From: an uncultured beta proteobacterium
GTDB lineage: Bacteria > Pseudomonadota > Gammaproteobacteria > Burkholderiales > SG8-41
NCBI GenBank assembly: GCA_903889565.1
Contig: CAISYC010000049.1
Span: 73,873-137,872 of the forward strand
Length of the DNA stretch: 64,000 nt
Direction of reading: 5' to 3'
The stretch's first letter is position 1; each line of letters begins with the position of its first letter. Under the pieces are notes generated by a model that was not told the origin of the DNA, searched no databases, and worked only from the letters and a program-made list of their open reading frames with translations. Positions 1 through 9,076 of the stretch are shown here, piece after piece. Both the position numbers and the translations under genes were made by a program.

Positions 1-208
1 CATGGGAGAAGTCGAATGGTCCACCGCGTGCGCCGGCAAGTAAACAGCGACACGCACGCTGCCGGCCACGGACAATGACGCCGCGGAACAATGACGGCGC
101 CATTTATTCCATATAGCGGGAACTACGGATGCCCGCCGAATCCGATCGGCAGTAAACTCGACCGGCCACCGCTTCAGCAATGGCAGCCTCTACGACCAGG
201 GGACCCGC

Positions 209-613
209 ATGACAACGCAATACTCGACGCTCGCCCGCAGCTGGTTCGAAGACATGTGGAACAGGCACCGGCCGATGATCATCGACCAGTTCCTCGACCC
301 GAACTGCATCGGCCACCACGAGGGCGGCCGCGACACCCGCGGGCCCGGGGAGTTCAAGGCGATGCGCCTCGAACTGCTGGAGGCCTTTCCGGATCTGCAT
401 TTCACGGTTGACGATGTCATCGCCGAGGGCGAGCAGGCGGTGGTGCGCTGGTCGGCCACCGGCACGCACAAGGGCGATTTGCTCGACATTCCGCCCTCTG
501 GCCACGTCGCGGTGGTGCGCGGCATGACCTGGTTCAAATTCCGCAACGGCCGCATCATCGAAGGCTGGGATAACTGGAATATCGGCGGCATGCTGAAAAG
601 CCTGCATCGCTGA
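209..613 (+). CDS. SnoaL-like ester cyclase family protein (NTF2 fold)
   Basis: 134-aa ORF with ATG start. 'FEDMWNRH', 'VDDVIAEGEQAVVRWSATGTHKG' and 'GMTWFKFRNGRIIEGWDNWN' fit the predicted ester-cyclase (SnoaL-like) pattern. The same pattern recurs twice in 42698..43639. Confidence 0.75.
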   Translation: MTTQYSTLARSWFEDMWNRHRPMIIDQFLDPNCIGHHEGGRDTRGPGEFKAMRLELLEAFPDLHFTVDDVIAEGEQAVVRWSATGTHKGDLLDIPPSGHVAVVRGMTWFKFRNGRIIEGWDNWNIGGMLKSLHR

Positions 614-696
614 CGCGGCGCGCTTGACGCCGCCTCGACGCTGGCGGATGCTGGGCGGATCAATGTGGCGCAGACCACATGACCCGGGAGGACGAC

Positions 697-1653
697 ATGA
701 AATGCATGCTCGCGGTTGCAGCCCTGCTGTGCGTCGCCATCGGTGCCGCGCCAGCCGCCGAAAGCTTTCCGTCGAAGCCGATCCGCTACATCGTGCCGTT
801 TCCGCCGGGCGGCATCAGCGACATGATGGCGCGCATCGTCGCGCAGCAAACGGCGCTCACGTTCAAGCAATCGGTGGTGGTGGACAACCGGCCCGGCGGC
901 AACGCCATGATCGGCGCGGTGCTCGCCGCGAAGTCGCCGCCCGACGGCTACACATGGCTGTCGATCACCATCACGCATGCGATCAACGTCACGCTGTTTC
1001 CGGACGCGCCCTACGATCTGCTGCAGGACTTCCACGCCGTCTCGATACTCGCCTCGCTGCCGCTGGTGATGGTGGTGAACGCGAATCTGCCGGTGAAATC
1101 GCTGGCCGAGCTCACCGCGCTCGGCAAGACACGCAGCCTCAACGGCGGCTCCAGCGGCAACGGCACCCCGCAGCATCTCGCTTTCGAACTCTACCGGCAA
1201 CTCGCCGGCATCAAGGGCCAGCACATTCCATTCAAAGGCGGCGCGCCCTCGATGATCAGTCTGCTCGGCGGCGAGATCGACCTCTTGATCACCGGCGTGC
1301 CGGAAGCCATCGTCCACATCCGCTCCGGCAAGCTGCGCGCGCTCGCCATCGCCAGTCCGACGCGGCACCCGCTGATCCCCGATGTGCCGACCACCGCCGA
1401 GGCCGGTCTGCCGGCACAGACCATCACCAGCTGGACTGCATTGCTGGTGCCGGCGGCAACCCCGAAAGCCATCCGCAACCGCATCAATGCCGCGGTCGTC
1501 GGCGCATTGAAGCAACCGGAGGTGGCGCAGAAAATCCGCGATCAGGCGTTCGAAGTGGTGGCGGATTCTCCGGAATCGGCGCAGGCCTTCATCGCATCAG
1601 AAGCAGAACGCTGGGGCAAGCTGGTGCGCGAGGCGAATCTGAAACCGGATTAG
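697..1653 (+). CDS. Bug/TctC-family tripartite tricarboxylate transporter substrate-binding protein
   Basis: Signal peptide MKCMLAVAALLCVAIGAAPAA, then 'FPSKPIRYIVPFPPGGISD', 'VVVDNRPGGNA', 'HIPFKGGAP' and 'IPDVPTTAEAGL'. GGGAGGA Shine-Dalgarno lies 4 nt before ATG 697. The ORF extends upstream to 679. Confidence 0.9.
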   Translation: MKCMLAVAALLCVAIGAAPAAESFPSKPIRYIVPFPPGGISDMMARIVAQQTALTFKQSVVVDNRPGGNAMIGAVLAAKSPPDGYTWLSITITHAINVTLFPDAPYDLLQDFHAVSILASLPLVMVVNANLPVKSLAELTALGKTRSLNGGSSGNGTPQHLAFELYRQLAGIKGQHIPFKGGAPSMISLLGGEIDLLITGVPEAIVHIRSGKLRALAIASPTRHPLIPDVPTTAEAGLPAQTITSWTALLVPAATPKAIRNRINAAVVGALKQPEVAQKIRDQAFEVVADSPESAQAFIASEAERWGKLVREANLKPD

Positions 1654-2084
1654 ATAGTCGATCGTAGCGCAGGTAACACAATCAACTGCAATAATCGGCA
1701 TTCAACTCCCCTAAGAGCCGCCGAGCAGCACAGCGATGCGGGGGGATGTCGGCGAGGACTGCCTGAGCCCTCGCTTGCGAGGGCGCGCGCGGACTCGTGA
1801 CCGGCGAAGCCGGCCGGTTGCGGGTAGCGCGCCCTTCACTCGCTCCCGCCCCGGAGCGCTAAGCGAACGCCGTGTCGCGAGTGTCGTTCCGCAGCCGCCC
1901 CGCGTCGCGAGCTGCGCAGGGAAGTCCGAAGGACCGGCGAACCGGGGGCAGCTGTGACCCGTTAGCCGCAGGCCCGTTTGCGGGAACAGCTGCCAGCGCC
2001 CCGTTCAACTTTTGTGTTTACAGCTGCGGCGCCCCTCCCGCACCGGCGCTGCGCGATACCGCGTCGGGGCGCTCCTTCTCTTTG

Positions 2085-2118
2085 CTTACTTTCTCTTGGC
2101 CGCGCAAGAGAAAGTAAG
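2085..2118. repeat. 14-bp perfect inverted repeat hairpin
   Basis: The sequence is cttactttctcttg-gccgcg-caagagaaagtaag. It resembles a REP type I have seen in other betaproteobacteria. Confidence 0.7.
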
Positions 2119-2187
2119 TAGCTGCCGGGCTACCCCCGGCGAATCTGAACGTTATGCAATACGCACCATTCACGCCAACACCGCTCG

Positions 2188-2207
2188 CAGGCGAGGCGCC
2201 TGCGCCA
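2188..2207. repeat. GCAGGCG/CGCCTGC hairpin repeat without GTAG head
   Basis: The 20-mer caggcgaggcgcctgcgcca is identical to 17815-17834. Confidence 0.75.
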
Positions 2208-2220
2208 GAACTGCGAAAAG

Positions 2221-3315
2221 CTAGGCGCTTCGCGCGCTGAGAGTGCCTGCAACGTCGGCGAAATACTCGCCGTCGCGATGTCCGTCGAATGAACCACCGC
2301 CCAGCCATTCGGCGGCAGCGCGATACAGTAGGTGACGGCTGCGCTCGAACTGCATGAAATGCGTCGAGTGCGCGACCTTGATGAACATGCGCTGCGGTGC
2401 GCCGAGCGCGCGCCACGCCTCAACACGTTTGGCGTAGTTGTCGAATTCGCCGAGCAGCATCAGCGTCGGCGCCTTGATTTTGGCGAGATTGCCGCGCCAG
2501 CCGTAGTTCATGCGGTTGGGCGCGCGCATGATGCCGCGGCCGTCGCGCGCCCACGTCGCGCCGACCGTATCGACTTCCATCAATTCGCGCCATACCGCAT
2601 CGCACACCGCCGGGTCTTCGAGTTGAGCGGAATCGTGGATGTTGTCCTGCCAGCGATTGTGCAGCAGAAAATCGCGGCTCTGCAGAATCATCGGCGCACC
2701 GGCTTCCGGCATCTGCGCCGGCGGCGCGTCGGCCTCGAAAAAAGGCGCGATGCCGAACATCACCAGTTTGTCGACGCGCTCCGGATGCAGCGCGGCGTAA
2801 CCGCCGGAACGCGGCGTGCCGGTGGACCAGCCAACGAAGGAAATCTTCTCGACATCGCGCAGCTTGCAGATGTAATCGACCACGGTTTCGAGTTCGTCCC
2901 ATTCGGTGCGGCTCGACACCAGCTTGAACGGATAACGCGGCGCTGCCGGCGCCGGCAGCACATGCGGAATGAGCTCGTGCTGAAATTCGGCCGACACGTT
3001 GCAGGGGTCGTCCATGAGAGGCCGCGGCGACGGCGCGTAACCGGTATGCGAGAGCGCGAACACATCGAAGCCGGCACGCGCGAGTGCGGCCATGAAACTG
3101 TAATCCTTGTATTGCAGATCGTAGGCGACGGTCGCCGGCGCGAAGCCGCCGTGCACCATCAGCACCACGCGCGGCGATTTTTGCGCCAGCGTGGAGGCGA
3201 GCGCGCGTTCGCGCAGAAACAATCCGGTGCTCTGCCCCGTGATCGCGGGCACAGTGGAAACGTGGGTGACGAAACGATCGGTGGTGACGAGGTCACCGGC
3301 GGCGCTCTGGCTCAT
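2221..3315 (-). CDS. alpha/beta hydrolase
   Basis: 364-aa ORF. 'VVLMVHGGF' oxyanion region, nucleophile elbow 'GWSTG', C-terminal 'HSTHFMQFE' His region. Confidence 0.8.
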   Translation of the reverse strand: MSQSAAGDLVTTDRFVTHVSTVPAITGQSTGLFLRERALASTLAQKSPRVVLMVHGGFAPATVAYDLQYKDYSFMAALARAGFDVFALSHTGYAPSPRPLMDDPCNVSAEFQHELIPHVLPAPAAPRYPFKLVSSRTEWDELETVVDYICKLRDVEKISFVGWSTGTPRSGGYAALHPERVDKLVMFGIAPFFEADAPPAQMPEAGAPMILQSRDFLLHNRWQDNIHDSAQLEDPAVCDAVWRELMEVDTVGATWARDGRGIMRAPNRMNYGWRGNLAKIKAPTLMLLGEFDNYAKRVEAWRALGAPQRMFIKVAHSTHFMQFERSRHLLYRAAAEWLGGGSFDGHRDGEYFADVAGTLSARSA

Positions 3316-3416
3316 GGGATTTTTCTTCGAATGAAGGCGGCGGGTATCGAAGTTATACTAGCACAGCGCTGATAACCAAAAGTCGAATGGCGCCCGCCAC
3401 GAGGAGCATAGTTGTG

Positions 3417-4385
3417 ATGTTTTCGTTCCGCATTTTGTTGTCCGCGCTCGCCTGCGTCGTCGCGAGCGGCGTCGCCGGCGCGCAAGCCTTTCCGAACAAA
3501 CCCATCCGCCTGATCGTGCCGGTGCCGCCCGGCGGCGGCGCGGATTTCGTCGCGCGCACCTATGCCTCGCAACTGACCAAAGCCTTCAACCAGCAGGTCG
3601 TCATCGACAACCGCGGCGGTGCTGCCGGCATCATTGCGATGGACGCGCTGGCGAAGGCGCCGGCCGACGGCTACACGCTGGTGCAGACCAACATCTCGAC
3701 GATTTCGATCAACCAGTACATCTATGCCAAGCTGCCCTACGATGCCGAGCGTGATTTCGCGCCGGTGTCGCTGACCACGCTGAACCCGCTGATCCTCGTC
3801 GCCAATCCGGGCGTGCCGGCGCGCACAGTGAAAGAACTCGTCGCGCTGGCCAAAGCAAAGCCCGGCCAGATCGCCTACGGCTCGCTCGGCAGCGGCAGCA
3901 TCCAGCACCTCGCAGGCCATGTGCTCGGCCGCGAGGCCGGCGTGCAACTGCTGCACATTCCATACAAAGGCGCAGCGCCGGTCACGGTCGATCTGCTCGC
4001 CGGGCAGGTGCAGATCGCCTTCAGTGGCGTCGGCACGGTGGCCGCTCACGTCAAATCGGGACGTCTTAACGCGCTGGCGGTGACCGGGCCCAAACGCATG
4101 GAGTTTTTCAGCGACACGCCGACCTTCGTCGAAGCCGGCCTCAAAAATGTCGACTTTGCGCTCTGGAACGGCATCCTCGCGCCGGCCGGCACGCCGATGG
4201 GCATCATCCGTCTTCTGAACACCGAAGTCCGCAAGGCTGCGGCCTCCGCGGAACTGATCCGCGCGATGGGCACGCAGGCCACCTCGCCGACCACCGACAC
4301 GCCGGAAGAATTCGCCGCCTTTATTAAAAGCGAGCAGACGCGTTTTGCCGCCATCGTCAAGGATTCCGGCGCACGCGCCGACTGA
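3417..4385 (+). CDS. Bug/TctC-family substrate-binding protein
   Basis: 'FPNKPIRLIVPVPPGGGAD', 'VVIDNRGGAAG', 'HIPYKGAAP'. GAGGAG SD at 3401-3406. Start could be GTG 3414 or ATG 3417; the ORF extends to 3387. Confidence 0.9.
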   Translation: MFSFRILLSALACVVASGVAGAQAFPNKPIRLIVPVPPGGGADFVARTYASQLTKAFNQQVVIDNRGGAAGIIAMDALAKAPADGYTLVQTNISTISINQYIYAKLPYDAERDFAPVSLTTLNPLILVANPGVPARTVKELVALAKAKPGQIAYGSLGSGSIQHLAGHVLGREAGVQLLHIPYKGAAPVTVDLLAGQVQIAFSGVGTVAAHVKSGRLNALAVTGPKRMEFFSDTPTFVEAGLKNVDFALWNGILAPAGTPMGIIRLLNTEVRKAAASAELIRAMGTQATSPTTDTPEEFAAFIKSEQTRFAAIVKDSGARAD

Positions 4386-4604
4386 ACGCATGATCATCCG
4401 CCGCCTCCACGCGGACTTCGCGCGATTGATCAGGCAGACCGGGACGCCTGCAAAATTGACCGCCATCGGCGCGTTTGCGCCGACGGGTTGGCCGCAACGG
4501 ACGGGAACGACCCGCGACTGCAGCACCGCGCGACTGCGGTTAATCAAGCCGCGTAACTGCGCGTAAAATGCCGGCTCCGCATTTCAGTGCAAACGATCAC
4601 GCCC

Positions 4605-5570
4605 ATGTTTGAATCCGCCATTCGCGCGCTCCTCGCCGCCGTGCTGTGCGCGCCCCTGCTGGTCGCCGCCGCCGACTATCCGTCGCGTCCGGTGCGTCTG
4701 ATCGTGCCGACCGGCGCTGGCGGCATCACCGACATTCTCGGCCGCGTGGTGGCGGCGAAACTTTCCGAAAGTCTCGGCCAGCAGGTCGTGATCGACAACC
4801 GCCCGGGTGCGAGCGGCATGGTCGGCTCCGACATCGTCGCCAAGGCCGCCCCCGACGGCTACACGCTGCTGATGGTGTTTCCGTCGCACCCGGTCAATCC
4901 GAGCCTTTACGCAAAGTTGCCTTACGACACCGAGCGCGACTTCGCGCCGATCACCATCGTCGGCCAGGTGTCGCCGGCGCTGATCGTGCAGAGCACCTTC
5001 CCTCCGCGCACGGTCACTGAATTGATCGCCGCTGCCCGCGCCAAACCCGGCCAGCTCAATCACGCGTCGGTCGGTGCCGGCAGCATGGGCCATCTCGGCG
5101 CACTGCTGTTTCGCCAGATGGCGAAAATCGATTTTGTGCAGGTGGTCTACAAAGGTTCGCCGCAGGCACTCAATGCGCTGCTGTCGGGCGAAATCCAGTT
5201 TTACCTGATCGGCTCGGTCGGCACTGCGATCAGTCACGCCAAAAGCGGTCGCCTGCGCATACTCGGCGTCGGCTCGGCCAAACGCATGCCGGTACTGCCC
5301 GAGGTGCCGACCATCGGCGAATCGCTGCCCGGCTACGAGGCGCGCGGCTGGAACGGCATCCTTGCGCCGGCGCATACACCGAAGCCGATCATCGAGCGCC
5401 TTTATCGCGGCATCGTTGCCGCGATGAAGTCACCCGAGTTCAACGACGTGCTGGCGGCCGAGGGCGCCATTGCCGTCGGCAACACGCCGGCCGAATTCGA
5501 AACGGTGATACACGCCGATATCAAAAAATGGGCGGCGGTGCTGAAGGAAGCCGGCGTGCGCCCCGAATAA
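4605..5570 (+). CDS. Bug/TctC-family substrate-binding protein
   Basis: Signal peptide MFESAIRALLAAVLCAPLLVAAA, then 'YPSRPVRLIVPTGAGGITD', 'VVIDNRPGASG', 'VVYKGSPQ'. An alternative GTG start lies at 4587. Confidence 0.9.
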   Translation: MFESAIRALLAAVLCAPLLVAAADYPSRPVRLIVPTGAGGITDILGRVVAAKLSESLGQQVVIDNRPGASGMVGSDIVAKAAPDGYTLLMVFPSHPVNPSLYAKLPYDTERDFAPITIVGQVSPALIVQSTFPPRTVTELIAAARAKPGQLNHASVGAGSMGHLGALLFRQMAKIDFVQVVYKGSPQALNALLSGEIQFYLIGSVGTAISHAKSGRLRILGVGSAKRMPVLPEVPTIGESLPGYEARGWNGILAPAHTPKPIIERLYRGIVAAMKSPEFNDVLAAEGAIAVGNTPAEFETVIHADIKKWAAVLKEAGVRPE

Positions 5571-5641
5571 CACGGACACATTGCATTCAGCGAATTTTAT
5601 TAATTCACTGGTCCGAATCAGATAAATTTCAAGGAACCGCC

Positions 5642-6430
5642 ATGCCCTACATCGACGCCAAGGACTGCAGGCTGTTTTACCAGATCGACGACTACACCGA
5701 TGGCTGGACCAGCCCGGAAACCGTATTGTTCGTGCACGGCTTTACCGAGTGCACCGAGGCGTGGCGCGGCTGGGTGCCGCATTTTTCGCGGCGCTACCGC
5801 ATGGTGCGCATCGACCAGCGCGGCTTCGGCCAGTCGGGCGCGGTGGCGAAGGATTACAAACTCACCACCGAACTCTATATCGACGATCTCGCGCGCGTGA
5901 TCAATCAGGTGGCCGGCGGCCCGGTGCACATGGTCGGCGGCAAAAGCGGCGGCATCAGTGTGATGTCGCTGGCGGCGACGCGTCCGGAACTCGTAAAAAC
6001 AATCACCGTGGCGTGTTCGCCGGTGACGCCACCCAACGCCGCCGGCTGGGTCGAGGAAATGGAGCGCAACGGCGTGCGCGCGTGGGCGAAACGCACGCAG
6101 CGTTCGCGCATGGGCAGCAGCATGCCGGAAGCGGCCATCGACTGGTGGTCGGACATGATGGGCCGCACTGCACTCTCGACGGTGCACGCCTACATGAACT
6201 GGGTCGGCGCGATCGACATCCGCGAGGACATCAAGCGCATTCAATGCCCGACACTGGTAATCGGCACCGACACCGCGCACCGCGGCCGCAAAGTCTTCGA
6301 AGGCTGGCAGAAAACCATTCCGAATTCTGAACTGGCGATCGTGCCGGTCGACGGCTATCACGCCGCCGGCACCGCGCCCGACGAAACCGCGCGCATCACG
6401 CTCGACTTCATCACGCGACACACGCAGTAA
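5642..6430 (+). CDS. alpha/beta hydrolase
   Basis: 'VLFVHGFTECTEAWRGW...RIDQRGFGQSG' is a typical alpha/beta-hydrolase N-terminus, with nucleophile-elbow-like 'GGKSGG'. ATG 5642 follows AAGGAA. The track ORF from 5528 overlaps the preceding Bug gene. Confidence 0.85.
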   Translation: MPYIDAKDCRLFYQIDDYTDGWTSPETVLFVHGFTECTEAWRGWVPHFSRRYRMVRIDQRGFGQSGAVAKDYKLTTELYIDDLARVINQVAGGPVHMVGGKSGGISVMSLAATRPELVKTITVACSPVTPPNAAGWVEEMERNGVRAWAKRTQRSRMGSSMPEAAIDWWSDMMGRTALSTVHAYMNWVGAIDIREDIKRIQCPTLVIGTDTAHRGRKVFEGWQKTIPNSELAIVPVDGYHAAGTAPDETARITLDFITRHTQ

Positions 6431-6458
6431 AGCAGCGCCGCGCGCGGCGGCTCAGCGC

Positions 6459-7391
6459 TCAGGGTGCTAGAGTGCCCAGATAGGCGGCAATCGAGATCAT
6501 TTCTTCTTCGCTCAGATTGGCGACCACCGTCAGCATCTGACTCGACCACACGCCGGCGCGCGCGCCGGTCTGAAAACCATGCAGCTGGCGAAACGCGTAG
6601 AGCGGTGAAATGCCGGCAATCGGCGGCGCATCGCCGATGCCCTGCAAGCCCGCGCCGTGGCAGATCACGCAGGACATCACGCCGCGGCTGCCCGAGCGCA
6701 CGATCGCCTCGCCACGCTTGATGCTGCCCGGCGGCACATAGGCAACAAAGCCGTTGCGCGGATCGCGCCGCGCGGCATTGACCGGATCCTGCGGCACTTC
6801 GATGATGCGACTGCCGAGGGGCTCGCTGCCGCCCTCGGCGGCGACGAAGCGCATGCGCCCCTTGCCGAGATAAGTGACGGCTACCGTATCGGTCTCGACC
6901 ACTTTCGTCCATTGCAGCGGCTTCAACGCGGAGAACCATTCCGCCGCCTGCCGCGCATCGTCGTCGGTCAGATCCTTGACGATGCCGTTCATGCGCGTCG
7001 GCTCCTTGCGCGCGCCGCTGCGGAAATCGGCGATCTGGCGCAGGATGTATTGCGCCGGCAATCCGGCCAGATGCGACGATTCCGGATGGCCCATGCCCGA
7101 CATCAGGTGACAGGCGCCGCAGGCGGGCACCGATTTTCCGGCCCCCGCCCTGACCACGTTCGGCGCCGGCGCATGGCTGTCGGGAAACCAGTCGGGCGGA
7201 TTCGAGAGGTCGTCGATCTGCACGCCGGTATAGCTGCGGCTGGAGCCCGGAATCTGCAACGGGCCCGTGTCGTCGCTGCCCGGTGCGATCGGCCTCTCGA
7301 CGACAATCGGATAAGCCCAGTGTTGCGGTTCGGCGGCATAGACGCCGGCGATCGATGCCGCCCAAGCGAATACGAAGACGATTTTTTGCAT
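6459..7391 (-). CDS. dihaem c-type cytochrome
   Basis: Two CxxCH haem motifs ('CGACH', 'CVICH'). Signal peptide MQKIVFVFAWAASIAGVYA. GGGGGAG SD precedes ATG 7391. Confidence 0.85.
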   Translation of the reverse strand: MQKIVFVFAWAASIAGVYAAEPQHWAYPIVVERPIAPGSDDTGPLQIPGSSRSYTGVQIDDLSNPPDWFPDSHAPAPNVVRAGAGKSVPACGACHLMSGMGHPESSHLAGLPAQYILRQIADFRSGARKEPTRMNGIVKDLTDDDARQAAEWFSALKPLQWTKVVETDTVAVTYLGKGRMRFVAAEGGSEPLGSRIIEVPQDPVNAARRDPRNGFVAYVPPGSIKRGEAIVRSGSRGVMSCVICHGAGLQGIGDAPPIAGISPLYAFRQLHGFQTGARAGVWSSQMLTVVANLSEEEMISIAAYLGTLAP

Positions 7392-7502
7392 GACTCCCCC
7401 GTGCAGCACTGCGGCCGCCCTGCTCTACTTTTAAACCGCGTTTTCGCAAGGCACGCGAGTCTCGTGCAAGAACGCGATGCGGTCAAGCTTCGTGACGCGA
7501 AT

Positions 7503-7868
7503 TCAGTCGCCGAGCGCCACCGTGTCCGCTTTTTCTTCGACGAAAACGCGGCAACCTTCAATGAAGGGCGCGCTCGGGCCCTCGCAGTTATCGGGATCGC
7601 TGATGCCGCTGTCGCGTGCCCAGTCGTAACCGGCAAGGTGTTCGGAACAATTGCCGTCGCAGGGGTATTCCGCAAACTGCAGATGCGGCACCGGCGCGCG
7701 CCTGAACCCGGGTTCGTCGTCGTTTTCGTAAACGATCTCCGGTGCCGGCGCAAACGACACCGGAGCCGCGTCCGGCGCGGCCGGCTCGGCGTCGTACTCG
7801 TTGTAAACATACAGCAGGCAGCCCACCAGCACGATTGGCATCAGGGCTTTTTCAAGAAAGGCTTGCAT
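7503..7868 (-). CDS. hypothetical membrane-anchored Cys-rich protein
   Basis: N-terminal TM 'ALMPIVLVGCLLYVY', then 'YPCDGNCSEHLAGYDWARDSGISDPDNCEGPSAPFIEGCRVFVEE' (four Cys). I recognise this motif from uncharacterised small proteobacterial proteins. The ORF extends to a TTG at 7880. A sigma-54 promoter match lies just upstream. Confidence 0.6.
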   Translation of the reverse strand: MQAFLEKALMPIVLVGCLLYVYNEYDAEPAAPDAAPVSFAPAPEIVYENDDEPGFRRAPVPHLQFAEYPCDGNCSEHLAGYDWARDSGISDPDNCEGPSAPFIEGCRVFVEEKADTVALGD

Positions 7869-7903
7869 CGGTTTTTTCAAGGAATATTCCAGTCTTGAAC
7901 ATA

Positions 7904-7919
7904 TGCAAAGGCTGTGCCA
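7904..7919 (-). promoter_or_regulatory. sigma-54 (-24/-12) promoter match upstream of 7503..7868
   Basis: The minus strand reads TGGCAC-agcct-TTGCA, a full consensus match. It lies 24-36 nt upstream of the candidate starts. Confidence 0.65.
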
Positions 7920-8220
7920 CCACCCCGCCAGCGGGCATCATCCCGTCGCAACAAGGCCTGCCCCGCACACCAACGGTGCATTACAGTTTGATTACAGTGC
8001 GAGCCGGGCTGGCGCACCGCCAAATGTGGGTAACCCGCAGTGTGTCGCCATCCGCGGGCACCGCTTTGGCCATCGCTTTGCCGCAGTTGCACGCGCGACC
8101 GGCGGCGCTTGCACAGCGTCGCGTCAGGGCGGGTTTTCCCTGCGGGAAACCCATAAAACAGATGCACATTTGCGCGTCGCAAAAGAGTCAGTTTCCCGCC
8201 TTGCCGATGCCGCCCAAAGC

Positions 8221-8241
8221 TATCCACAGCTTCTGTGGATA
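8221..8241. promoter_or_regulatory. perfect 9-3-9 palindrome containing DnaA-box-like sequence
   Basis: TATCCACAG-ctt-CTGTGGATA. The right side extends to tgtggataa (8234-8242), the complement of TTATCCACA. It lies ~300 bp upstream of the sigma-54 promoter at 7904-7919. Confidence 0.5.
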
Positions 8242-8373
8242 ACCCTGTGCGTATCCTGTATCGAAAGATTACAAAAGCGTGACAAACAGGCGCTTCGGCT
8301 TAGATTGCTCACAAAATGGGCAGTCGTCACGGCCGGCGACGCCCGCCAGCGACCTGCCGCGGCATGCCCCATT

Positions 8374-8787
8374 TCAGCCGCCCGATTTGACAAGATTCAG
8401 CAGCACCCAGGTCTGCAGCGGCGGCGAAACCAGCACCAAAGTGGCCGCGCTGACGATCGCGGCAATGACGCTCTGGACCACCAGACTGCGCTTGAGGCGC
8501 GCGGCCAGCCAGATCGCGCCGAAAGACAGCCAGATCGGCAGCGTGTAGCAAATCAGCGCCTCCAGCGCGGGCGGCATCTGCTTGCCGTTGATCGGCAGAA
8601 TCCAGATCAGGATCTCCGGCGCCGCCAGCGCATAGTTCATGATGCCGACCGGCAACAGCCACAGCGCGAGCAGAAACGGCAGCATCACGCGGGCGCCGTA
8701 TTGCTTCAGCAGCAGCGGACCGGCCAGCGCTTCGAGGCCGAGCGGAAACACCACCAGGCAGTAGTACCAGAACACGAACGAGTCCAT
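8374..8787 (-). CDS. hypothetical 4-TM membrane protein (paralog of 22717..23127)
   Basis: Hydrophobic 137-aa ORF. GGGGAG SD lies 6 nt before ATG 8787. Shares 'LAGP..LKQYG', 'PEIL.W..P', 'IWLAAR.K.SL..QSVI.A.VS' and 'QTWVL.N' with the second copy. Confidence 0.65.
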   Translation of the reverse strand: MDSFVFWYYCLVVFPLGLEALAGPLLLKQYGARVMLPFLLALWLLPVGIMNYALAAPEILIWILPINGKQMPPALEALICYTLPIWLSFGAIWLAARLKRSLVVQSVIAAIVSAATLVLVSPPLQTWVLLNLVKSGG

Positions 8788-8830
8788 CAGCATCTCCCCG
8801 TGCGATTACGACGTTTGACGAACCCGGCGG

Positions 8831-9076
8831 CTAGCCGGGCGGGTCTGCTTGTTCGAGATGCACCAGCGCGCAACTGCCGAAAGCCGAACCGCCGTACTGA
8901 GCCGCCACCTCAAGCGTCTGGTAATGCGTTGCCATTTCAACCAACGCGAAATTCGTCGGCGAGCGGTGAATCTTCACCGAGCGAACGTCGCCGAATCCGG
9001 CGCAACGCTGCTTCAGAATTTCCGCCAGTTCGGCGTCGCTCCTGGCCAGATCAACCTGCAGCACGAAGGTTGTCAT
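8831..9076 (-). CDS. hypothetical small protein, RRM-like pattern
   Basis: 81-aa ORF directly upstream of and co-directional with 8374..8787. 'FGDVRSVKIHRSPTNFALVEMATHYQTLEVAAQYGG' resembles a degenerate RRM (RNP-like 'FALVEM'). The fold is not verified. Confidence 0.5.
   Translation of the reverse strand: MTTFVLQVDLARSDAELAEILKQRCAGFGDVRSVKIHRSPTNFALVEMATHYQTLEVAAQYGGSAFGSCALVHLEQADPPG

Noticed and set aside
190-1515. 441-aa minus-strand ORF overlapping the SnoaL and Bug genes
   Set aside because: It is antisense to two ORFs with clear family motifs. The product is Arg/Gly/Ala-rich and low-complexity, typical of shadow ORFs in GC-rich DNA.
7981-8169. 62-aa Cys-containing ORF in the 490-bp gene-less spacer
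   Set aside because: It has no SD, and its composition is not distinguishable from background. It cannot be supported from sequence alone.
8220-8242. Pair of DnaA-box-like sequences as a replication origin
   Set aside because: There are only two boxes, with no AT-rich unwinding element and no dnaA/dnaN/gidA neighbourhood. A regulatory palindrome is more likely; it is kept as a finding but not as oriC.
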